Below, one piece after another: positions 1 through 6,829 of a stretch of 39,648 nt of DNA. The stretch is from a virus (lineage: Duplodnaviria > Caudoviricetes): IMG/VR virus record IMGVR_UViG_3300027749_000231, positions 1 through 39,648 of that record; one strand, 5' to 3'. Below the pieces are notes generated by a model. It was not told where the DNA came from, ran no database searches, and was given only the letters and a program-made list of their open reading frames with translations. A program made the translations under genes and the position numbers. Position 1 is the first letter of the stretch; each line of letters starts with the position of its first letter.

Positions 1-1
1 A

Positions 2-280
2 TTAATCAATAGATTGTTTGAAGAACTAAGTGTAATTCAAAATGAATTGTATAAAGCGTCTGTTGAATCAGTTGAAGCTAACAACAAAGTGGTTACTGAA
101 CGTGCATTTATTAACGAATGGCTAGACAACTGTGATAAAGAAGTATATGACAGCATCAAAAAGCATATTGAAGAAAGCAGAGACAAATGGAAAGCACCAA
201 CTTACCCTGTTAAATGCGACACTTGCGATACCGAAGCTAATCTTTTTGTGGAATTAGATCAAAGCAATTTTTTCGACTGA
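2..280 (+). CDS. 3' part (5'-truncated) of a T4 gp26-like baseplate hub / tail assembly chaperone
   Basis: Frame is open from base 2, so the start at 14 is not the real start. C-terminus has CxxC (KCDTC) and ends ...LDQSNFFD, resembling the ...FF ending of gp26-like proteins of T4-like phages. Confidence 0.6.
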   Translation, partial: LINRLFEELSVIQNELYKASVESVEANNKVVTERAFINEWLDNCDKEVYDSIKKHIEESRDKWKAPTYPVKCDTCDTEANLFVELDQSNFFD

Positions 281-330
281 GCCTAATCGGACTTAGTGGT
301 CAAGAAATACACGAAAGTCTGGTTAGGCTT
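268..330 (+). other. Programmed -1 ribosomal frameshift signal (slippery heptamer plus stimulatory stem-loop)
   Basis: In-frame U UUU UUC at 268-274, a 5-nt spacer, then AGCCTAATCGGACTT (280-294) pairing with AAGTCTGGTTAGGCT (315-329): 15 contiguous pairs, two of them G-U. Confidence 0.7.
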
Positions 331-507
331 GAAAAAGAAACTAAAATTTTCAAAGAAGATTTATTTAGAATCAGTTGGTACATGCGCGGCGGTGTCAGTG
401 TAAACGACTTGATGGAGCGATACGGGTACGAAGATCGTCAGATCATGTACGAAATTATCAAAGAAAATATTGAAGCAACTAAAGCAAGCCAGATGCCGTT
501 GCTTTAA
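274..507 (+). CDS. Unannotated gp51-like frame (RLSLIGLSGQEIHESLVRLEKETKIFKEDLFRISWYMRGGVSVNDLMERYGYEDRQIMYEIIKENIEATKASQMPLL), probably expressed as a -1 frameshift extension of the upstream gene
   Basis: Frame is open 241-507 with TAA at 505-507. First ATG is only at 382. The frame is -1 relative to the upstream ORF, reached through T TTT TTC at 268-274. Confidence 0.7.
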   Translation, partial: RLSLIGLSGQEIHESLVRLEKETKIFKEDLFRISWYMRGGVSVNDLMERYGYEDRQIMYEIIKENIEATKASQMPLL

Positions 508-1709
508 TCAGGCTTCCATCCTGGAGGTTTCAGTGCTCGCTTGACTGGATTAGTAGGGTCTTGTATCATATTTTGATTGTCAGGATCCACTACCCATCCA
601 GTTATGTCTTGATTGTTACTGTGCCAGTTATCATTATAGTACATCTTACGGCCAGCAGCTGTTTTACCAGTTGACTGATTTACAGGATTAGCTGATGTAC
701 CTGGATCACTAGCCGCTGCTATATCTTTTTGCGGATCGTTTGCACCTGTTGTGCCTGTTGGTGCAGCGGCTCTGTTGTATTCACTATTTGGATTATCAGC
801 ACCTGGCATTGAAGGACGCATTGCCTTAGGAACATGTTGCAATCCGCTGTTAATAACTTCACCAATCGTTTGGGCCAGTTCAGGAATATTGTCTGCTATC
901 ATTGATGCAATGTAGTTTGCGTTGTCTGTATTGTTAATCCAAGACTTAACAGCTATTGCACCGCCTAGCAATACTGTATTGAATCCAGGAATTTTGCTAG
1001 TGAGTTTTCTCAAAAACGGGCCACCAGTCAGTGCATAAAATACAGTGCCGCCAGCAAGCACAGCTGCCCACCGTGCCAACATGATAGTGGCTTCCTGATT
1101 CAGTACCGCATTGTATTCGTCTTCAGTCCATGCACCTGTGTCTAATTTGGTTTTTTTGTAACCATCCATCTTGCTTACAAAATCCAAATAAGGTTGTACC
1201 AATTCTTTAAGATTCCAACCCCACAAGAGAGTTTTCACAGCTGCTTCGCCTGCACCCATGGCTGTGATTTTTTCTAAACCAAGACCAGCTTTGCCTATAT
1301 CCATTTGAGCCGTGGATGTTGCCCGTTTGATAACAGCAGCGTCTAACTGTTCTGCTTCTAAACCCAGACTATCAATAGCTTGTCTTTTAAGAGTTGCTGA
1401 ATTAGGAACAGCTTTGCCTGCTTCTTTGTATTCTCTTTCCAGAGTCATCATTTCCCTAGTGACTCTGGCATTATTTCTGCGTAAATATTCAGCGGCCGCA
1501 TCTGCAGCCTTTATATCTTTATTTTTTGCAATGGCAACTATGTCTGCAGCAATTTTATCCTCAATTGCACCAGCAGCTCCCCTAAGAGCTTTGATAGGGT
1601 TTGATATAAACTTACCACCTTTAGCCAAGGCACCACCTAATTTCTCAAATCCTTGAGCTATCAAGCCTTCTTGAGTTTTTGTTTCAACAATTATTTCGTA
1701 GACTTTCAT
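504..1709 (-). CDS. Hypothetical 401-aa late protein, possibly virion-internal
   Basis: Long ORF with Ala/Lys-rich helical N-half, hydrophobic segments (MLARWAAVLAGGTVFYALTGG; VLLGGAIAV) and a Pro/Thr/Ala-rich tail. GATAAATA late-promoter-like box lies upstream. Confidence 0.75.
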   Translation of the reverse strand: MKVYEIIVETKTQEGLIAQGFEKLGGALAKGGKFISNPIKALRGAAGAIEDKIAADIVAIAKNKDIKAADAAAEYLRRNNARVTREMMTLEREYKEAGKAVPNSATLKRQAIDSLGLEAEQLDAAVIKRATSTAQMDIGKAGLGLEKITAMGAGEAAVKTLLWGWNLKELVQPYLDFVSKMDGYKKTKLDTGAWTEDEYNAVLNQEATIMLARWAAVLAGGTVFYALTGGPFLRKLTSKIPGFNTVLLGGAIAVKSWINNTDNANYIASMIADNIPELAQTIGEVINSGLQHVPKAMRPSMPGADNPNSEYNRAAAPTGTTGANDPQKDIAAASDPGTSANPVNQSTGKTAAGRKMYYNDNWHSNNQDITGWVVDPDNQNMIQDPTNPVKRALKPPGWKPD

Positions 1710-1728
1710 TGCTTATATCCCTATAAGA

Positions 1729-1736
1729 TATTTATC
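1729..1736 (-). promoter_or_regulatory. Putative late promoter core (GATAAATA)
   Basis: Matches the T4 gp55-type TATAAATA -10 box, about 20 nt before the ATG at 1709. The same ATAAATA core precedes several structural genes. Confidence 0.55.
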
Positions 1737-1745
1737 ATACTGTAA

Positions 1746-2181
1746 AGATGAACTACGTTCATCTGTTCTTCGCTTTCGCTCGAACTACTTTCTTTTTTTA
1801 ATTATTATTAAGTGCGAAGCACTGTTAATATTATCTAGATTGTTCAGTCACACTTTGCCCGAGCAGGGCAAAGAATAAAATAACATTATCTGAGTTGCAC
1901 AATGTCACACTAGCGTTACTGCATTACAGTGGCGGTTGTCCGGTACCACGAGCAGAGTCTTTATACAACGGCGGCTTACAAATATACGCTAACATATTTG
2001 TAAACGTGGGTTTTTTAACCCTCTTTTTGCCTTTTTTACTATTTTTAAACAACCAAACAGCGGCATTTTGCTATCGTCGTCCTGTAAAGGATAGTGGTTG
2101 AGTACTCTTAACGGCAAGAGATTTCCGTCCCTGCGATCCGAGATCCAGGTTTAGAGCGCATGAAATTAGCCCGCGCCAGCT
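1746..2181 (-). ncRNA. Candidate large structured non-coding RNA (or structured DNA element) immediately 3' of the GIY-YIG gene
   Basis: At least 11 near-consecutive stems: 2155-2177, 2130-2149, 2105-2120, 2050-2100, 2008-2021, 1974-2005, 1929-1949, 1881-1907, 1853-1873, 1811-1823, 1746-1764. Three stems contain G-U pairs that work only on the minus strand. Possible pseudoknot 1986-1991 with 1911-1916. Confidence 0.6.
1826..1910. repeat. Two imperfect direct repeats TAAYATTATCT...TTG...GTCACAC flanking a perfect 8-bp hairpin
   Basis: 1826-1853 TAATATTATCTAGATTGTTCAGTCACAC and 1881-1910 TAACATTATCTGAGTTGCACAATGTCACAC, with CTTTGCCC-GAGCA-GGGCAAAG at 1853-1873. Confidence 0.65.
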
Positions 2182-2619
2182 TTAACCGTTTAGTTGTTTG
2201 CCTTTTATATGGGAACCGTGTACCCGAACCTGTATGTGCCCGTTATAGTAGTCGTCGGATTCTAAAACCCTACGACTAAATTGTTCTCTTGCCTCTATAT
2301 AACTGCATTCTGATTTAGATTTGCAGTAATAAAGTATCTCTCTACGGAAGTTTTCGGTACCTAACTGCGTAACGTCTTTGCCAAGTTCGGGACTAGAACC
2401 ATAATATTCTTGCCAGTCACTATCGATTTTGCTACGGATTTTCTTTTTTTTCTTTGTGCCGTTCTTTAACTTTACAGTTTTGTAGGTCGTTTTACTAAAT
2501 TTTGCTAATTTTTTGCCTATGTACATACGCCCTGTGATTATATTTGTTATATTATAAACAAACCCAATACAATCTTCGGGCAATTCTGTGATTAATTGAT
2601 TTTCGTAGTACCAAGACAT
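2182..2619 (-). CDS. Stand-alone GIY-YIG family endonuclease
   Basis: GFVYNITNIITGRMYIGKK is the GIY-YIG motif. It also has YYGSS, a candidate catalytic Glu in YIEAREQF and an Asn in YYNG. Only 145 aa, with no C-terminal NUMOD/HTH DNA-binding domain. Confidence 0.85.
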   Translation of the reverse strand: MSWYYENQLITELPEDCIGFVYNITNIITGRMYIGKKLAKFSKTTYKTVKLKNGTKKKKKIRSKIDSDWQEYYGSSPELGKDVTQLGTENFRREILYYCKSKSECSYIEAREQFSRRVLESDDYYNGHIQVRVHGSHIKGKQLNG

Positions 2620-2622
2620 ACA

Positions 2623-2901
2623 CTAGTTAGTGTTATCTTGATCTCCTGCCTGTGCCTTTTGATTTGCCTTCTTTGCGGCCTTGTCTTTATCTAGCCACAC
2701 TCTATATTGTTGAATGTGACCTCTACGTTCTTTTGCTATAATTCTAATTTGTGCTAACCAATATCGCATCTTTTCGCCTGATAACCGTGAGCCTCTTGCT
2801 TGCCAATTTTGATTTGCCTTGAAATATTCTCTAAAAGCCAGCATAAGTCTCTCGTGGGACTCTTCATTTTGTTCTGGATCTGGCTCTACGTGCTTAGACA
2901 T
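2623..2901 (-). CDS. Small basic helical protein, possibly Hc1/histone-H1-like DNA-binding protein
   Basis: Pattern FREYFKANQNWQARGSRLSGEKMRYWLAQIRIIAKERRGHIQ resembles small phage/bacterial Hc1-like proteins (recalled pattern, not searched). Overlaps the upstream gene. Confidence 0.5.
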   Translation of the reverse strand: MSKHVEPDPEQNEESHERLMLAFREYFKANQNWQARGSRLSGEKMRYWLAQIRIIAKERRGHIQQYRVWLDKDKAAKKANQKAQAGDQDNTN

Positions 2902-3130
2902 TTGGGCCTTTTATCTTCTCCAACAACTGGTAATGCTCATATTTTTTAACATATTCTGTTTCTTGATCATAGTTTGCACACTGACTTAATGCTTGTTCAC
3001 ACGCCCATTTTAACAGATATAGGTCTTTTTTGCAATCCCATTGGCTGTTTGTATTGCGTCTAGTACTATTGGTTTCAACTTTTATACGTTTTATAAGTTC
3101 AATAGCTTGACCAGTGGACCATTCTTTCAC
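2894..3130 (-). CDS. Hypothetical protein (78 aa)
   Basis: ATGA overlap with the gp46 stop and overlap with the next gene, filling the operon without a gap. Confidence 0.65.
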   Translation of the reverse strand: MKEWSTGQAIELIKRIKVETNSTRRNTNSQWDCKKDLYLLKWACEQALSQCANYDQETEYVKKYEHYQLLEKIKGPNV

Positions 3131-4908
3131 TCATTAACCTCTAAATCATTTGCATAGCTAGTGTATCCGTTTTCTTTAATAACCTTAAGAACATTGTTTA
3201 CACGACCAATTAATTCGTCTTTATGTGATATCAAGAAAATATTCTTTCTACGTTCACGAGCCATCTTTTTAAGCACAGCCAATGCACCTTCAACCCCACT
3301 TGCATCTAACCCGTTGTCAATAAGTTCGTCAACAAACAACAAATTGATCTGTTGATAGAGACTTTCCCATACATCTCTAAACGACCAAGACAATCCAAGT
3401 ATTAACCTATTACGTTCTCCTCGAGATAAGTTATCAAAATCTAAATCCTGTCCTAGTTGCGTAATTTCCACCGTTAAATCATTTTTAAATACAACTGTAT
3501 GCGGTAATCCCATTTTGTCAAGATAGTATGTTAATCTGTTATTAAGATATGCTAGATTTTGATCTATAATCTTCTTACGAATAAACGAATCCTTACTGGT
3601 CAATAGTTTAAGCAAAAACTCTTGATGTTCTTTTAATGTATTAAGTGTGTTTACGTTATCCCACGATACATCTTGCATGGCGGTATTAGTCAATTCGTCA
3701 ATTTGATCTTGATACGGATCGGCTTCACCTGCCTTAATTTGCAATTGTGTTTCTAATGTCTTAAGATTGTTTTGATGTTTAAGTGCTTGCTCTATAGTAT
3801 CATAATACGTTTCTGGACGAGTATTAACCTCACCAATGATATTAATCTCAGCAGTAATTTTAGCAAGATCTTTTTCAACTTTGTTATGATAAACAACAGC
3901 TTCGTCGGCATTTGCCTGTGCTTGCTTGCTCATCCCTTCATGTTTATGGTCGTGAAGTTCTTGATCACAAGCATGACACTTTTTGTCCTGCAATTTAGCA
4001 AGCTCATCGGCGTATTTTTTTACGCTTCTCTCCGCCTGCGCTATTGCGCTGTTTAATGTAGCCCGCTCTTTATTTAGACTTTTCAGTTTTCCGCTTCGTT
4101 CGTCATAATCTTTTAACTCTGCATGCTTAATTAACTCATTGTCAATGTCTACATTTTCAAGTTCAACAATTGCTCTTCCTATTTTTTCTAATTCATGTGT
4201 ATGTTGATTATTCCATGCACTTTGTCTAGTTAAAATACCGTCAATACTTTTTTGAATGTTCTCGTTAGATCGTTTAATTGCTTCTATATTTGCAGATTCT
4301 TGTATAATTGTATCTTTAGTTTGACGAATTTGTTCTTTGAGAGCTTCTGCTTTTTCACTTAATAAAGTAATACCTAACAATTGCTCGATAATAACTCTCT
4401 GATCGTTTGCCCGCATAGACAAAAACGGTTCTGTATAAGTGTTTAATGCTACAACATGTTTAAACATGTCGTGACTCATACCCAGTAAGTCGTCCACGTC
4501 CTTCTGAGTTTCGCGCATATCGCCTTGCGAATCGTCAGTCTCTTCAGTTTCTTGTGCTAGATTATTAACAAAGAATTGTAGTACATTTGGCTTACGCCCA
4601 CGTTCGATACGATAATCTGTTCCATCTTTTTCAAAAGCTAGTGTAACCAACATATTCTTATTGTTAATCTTGTTAATAAGATTATCTTTTTTAATGTTAG
4701 TTAGCGCATTGCCAAATAGTGCATAGCTCAGTGCATTAACAATCGTGGTCTTACCTGTTCCATTGCGGCTTCCACTATCGTCACCACCTTGATCTAAGTT
4801 TTCACCTAGTACAAGTGTTAAGTTTTCTTGTGCAAAGTTAACCGCCTGGGTTTGATTGCCCACGCTCATAAAGTTTTTAACTGTTAATTCTTTAATTTTA
4901 ATTGTCAT
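3127..4908 (-). CDS. gp46: Recombination endonuclease ATPase subunit (T4 gp46 / SbcC / Rad50-like)
   Basis: KNFMSVGN N-terminus, Walker A GSRNGTGKT, coiled coil with zinc-hook CHAC, signature LSRGE, Walker B/D-loop LLFVDELIDNGLD, H-loop ISHK. Confidence 0.95.
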   Translation of the reverse strand: MTIKIKELTVKNFMSVGNQTQAVNFAQENLTLVLGENLDQGGDDSGSRNGTGKTTIVNALSYALFGNALTNIKKDNLINKINNKNMLVTLAFEKDGTDYRIERGRKPNVLQFFVNNLAQETEETDDSQGDMRETQKDVDDLLGMSHDMFKHVVALNTYTEPFLSMRANDQRVIIEQLLGITLLSEKAEALKEQIRQTKDTIIQESANIEAIKRSNENIQKSIDGILTRQSAWNNQHTHELEKIGRAIVELENVDIDNELIKHAELKDYDERSGKLKSLNKERATLNSAIAQAERSVKKYADELAKLQDKKCHACDQELHDHKHEGMSKQAQANADEAVVYHNKVEKDLAKITAEINIIGEVNTRPETYYDTIEQALKHQNNLKTLETQLQIKAGEADPYQDQIDELTNTAMQDVSWDNVNTLNTLKEHQEFLLKLLTSKDSFIRKKIIDQNLAYLNNRLTYYLDKMGLPHTVVFKNDLTVEITQLGQDLDFDNLSRGERNRLILGLSWSFRDVWESLYQQINLLFVDELIDNGLDASGVEGALAVLKKMARERRKNIFLISHKDELIGRVNNVLKVIKENGYTSYANDLEVNE

Positions 4909-5918
4909 AGGCTATTATAAATGGCTAATAATGTATTTTTATCAAACTGATCTGAATCAATGTTTACAATCTGGTTGCTAACAATTTGATCTACACTTTC
5001 AAATGCTTGTATATCAATGTTTGTGTTAATTTCTGTTTCTTTCTTTTCAGCAATCAGTGTAAGTTCTCGGATATCATATCGTAACATGAAATCTTCTTTA
5101 ACAAAACTAGCTTCTTCAAAACTAATATCAATATCTAATGCAACACGTAAATGCTGTTTAGGTTTAATAATTGTATCTTGATCGTCAATAAGCTGACTTA
5201 GTTTTACAGTTCTAAACGTAGGTTGATTAGGCCAACTATAATACTCTGGAGTTCCATTCCACTCCATAATCATCATACCTCGATCGTCATCCCATGCGTC
5301 TGCATAGTTGTGCGGGAACGCATTTCCAATATAAATCATATTTTTTTGTTGCTGACGCTTGTGGAAGTGTCCACTGAATCCTAACTCATAACCTTTGAAG
5401 CTATCTAATTGAATCTCACCGTGATCAGGCATTTGAATCATGGCATTCATAAAAAAGCTGGGCAATTCAAAGTGACCAAAGATGTATTTGCCACCTTTCT
5501 TACCTACACTTCGCCATTCGTCTCCGACAAGCCACGGGCAAAGTGTAACATCGCCAATGGTAGTAGGCTCATGAACAACAGTAATTCCGGGAATATACTT
5601 GCCGAACTCGACACTGTGAATATCTCGTTTGTCTTTGTAATAAAGATCATGATTGCCAGGAAAGAAATAAAATTGATCAAACGCCTTACCGAGCTTTTCC
5701 AAGGCCCTAAGACTATAGTCCATAGTAGTGATATTAAGACTATTTCGATTGTGATGCCAATCTCCCATAAAAATTCCAGTGTCACATCCTTCCTCCTTGG
5801 CTTTGGCAATGTACCAGTCTACAAAATCCTCACAGTCTTGGTTGTGTGTATTACTATTAGACTTTAATCCAAAGTGTATGTCTGTGAAGCAAGCAACCTT
5901 TTTAAATAAATTTGTCAT
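4905..5918 (-). CDS. gp47: Recombination endonuclease nuclease subunit (T4 gp47 / SbcD / Mre11-like)
   Basis: Metallophosphoesterase motifs TDIHFG, GDWHH, GNHD, GHFE, SGHFH. Adjacent to gp46 with an ATGA overlap. Confidence 0.95.
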   Translation of the reverse strand: MTNLFKKVACFTDIHFGLKSNSNTHNQDCEDFVDWYIAKAKEEGCDTGIFMGDWHHNRNSLNITTMDYSLRALEKLGKAFDQFYFFPGNHDLYYKDKRDIHSVEFGKYIPGITVVHEPTTIGDVTLCPWLVGDEWRSVGKKGGKYIFGHFELPSFFMNAMIQMPDHGEIQLDSFKGYELGFSGHFHKRQQQKNMIYIGNAFPHNYADAWDDDRGMMIMEWNGTPEYYSWPNQPTFRTVKLSQLIDDQDTIIKPKQHLRVALDIDISFEEASFVKEDFMLRYDIRELTLIAEKKETEINTNIDIQAFESVDQIVSNQIVNIDSDQFDKNTLLAIYNSL

Positions 5919-6748
5919 TCCGCACCTTCATCAAAACGTTTAACAGCGGCAGCATGTTCTCCCGAGCCGGTTCTACTATAACTTGGATTCATACCGTTAA
6001 TTTCTAAAATATCATCTCGAATATTTTGATTGCGTTTTTCTGTATTAATAACACGCACAAAACTATTGGTAACTGCGGCAGTAAAATAAGCGAACGGATT
6101 ATCACTCTTTGATTCGTCAAATTGCAAGCCAATTTGCGTCAGTTGAAGAATAGCCATGCCCTTCATTTCGTCGTTATAGGTATAGCCTCGAACATTACCA
6201 CGAGTAGCATAACGCTCGCACAGTTTAATCATCATTCGTGCAAGTGTATTTGATATAGAGCCAGCATCTTTATCAAAATGTCCTTTTTCTAGATCACCCT
6301 TCCAGTGACTTTTTCCAACACATATTAAATTTTCTGGAGCGTCTTCATCAAATTTCCAATGCTGAAACGGAGGAAAGTTAACTTTATCTCTGTGATCCGC
6401 TAAACTCTTTGGATTTTTCTTACGTGTATTATTCAGCGGAATATGATCAAATGTCATAATCCTAAAAACAACATCTGTTTTGGCTATTTTTTTGTAATCA
6501 ATTTCACAATCTGCAATTTTAATCTTTTCACCGAGCGATTTTCTTCGCTCGAATTCTTGCTGACCCATGCGTTTGGCACGTACACGCTTGGCTTCAGCAA
6601 CACTTCTAATATTAATTTTATCCACACTGGGCAGAATCAAATCATATTGGTGATATTCTGGTTTTGTGAAAGTACAATATGATGTCTTACTTCTGTGTAT
6701 TTCTAACAACATATCTTTGTTGTTTAAATAGTTAACTTTTACTGTCAT
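5915..6748 (-). CDS. gp55: Late-transcription sigma factor (T4 gp55-like) with a large insertion
   Basis: N-terminal NYLNNKDML and core RGYTYNDEM...FDESKSDNPFAYFT...SFVRVINTEKR match the gp55 family. The gp55-gp47-gp46 order is as in T4-like phages. Confidence 0.85.
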   Translation of the reverse strand: MTVKVNYLNNKDMLLEIHRSKTSYCTFTKPEYHQYDLILPSVDKINIRSVAEAKRVRAKRMGQQEFERRKSLGEKIKIADCEIDYKKIAKTDVVFRIMTFDHIPLNNTRKKNPKSLADHRDKVNFPPFQHWKFDEDAPENLICVGKSHWKGDLEKGHFDKDAGSISNTLARMMIKLCERYATRGNVRGYTYNDEMKGMAILQLTQIGLQFDESKSDNPFAYFTAAVTNSFVRVINTEKRNQNIRDDILEINGMNPSYSRTGSGEHAAAVKRFDEGAE

Positions 6749-6770
6749 CCTGAGAGCCCTCTTATATGTA

Positions 6771-6799
6771 ATTATAAACTACGTACATAATAAAGTCAA
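6771..6799 (-). promoter_or_regulatory. Near-consensus sigma70 promoter for the gp55-gp47-gp46 operon
   Basis: Minus strand reads TTGACT-17 nt-TATAAT (-35 at 6794-6799, -10 at 6771-6776), then AGAGGG before the ATG at 6748. Confidence 0.8.
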
Positions 6800-6806
6800 A
6801 TAAATA
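6775..6806 (+). promoter_or_regulatory. Putative tripartite late promoter TAAACTAC-N3-CATAAT-N7-AATAAATA
   Basis: The same three boxes at identical spacing recur at 12692-12723, and a variant at 31311-31342. An AAGGA RBS follows. Confidence 0.7.
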
Positions 6807-6829
6807 GAGTATCAAAAGGAAAGAATATT

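Noticed and set aside
276-297. Alternative short hairpin ACTGAG/CTTAGT right after the slippery site
   Set aside because: It is too close to the heptamer to stimulate shifting and is weaker than the competing 15-bp stem 280-294/315-329.
1826-1910. CRISPR or TIGR-like array
   Set aside because: Only two degenerate units, and no Cas or Nop-domain gene in the window.
1895-2101. 68-aa plus-strand ORF in the ORF track
   Set aside because: TTG start without RBS, opposite to the operon, composition driven by T-runs, and it lies wholly within the structured element.
1746-2619. Group I intron carrying a GIY-YIG homing endonuclease
   Set aside because: No interrupted host gene flanks it, the ORF starts 3 nt after the previous stop so there is no room for a 5' intron part, and I could not find recognisable P7 (R/S) elements. 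An Infernal search would be the definitive test.
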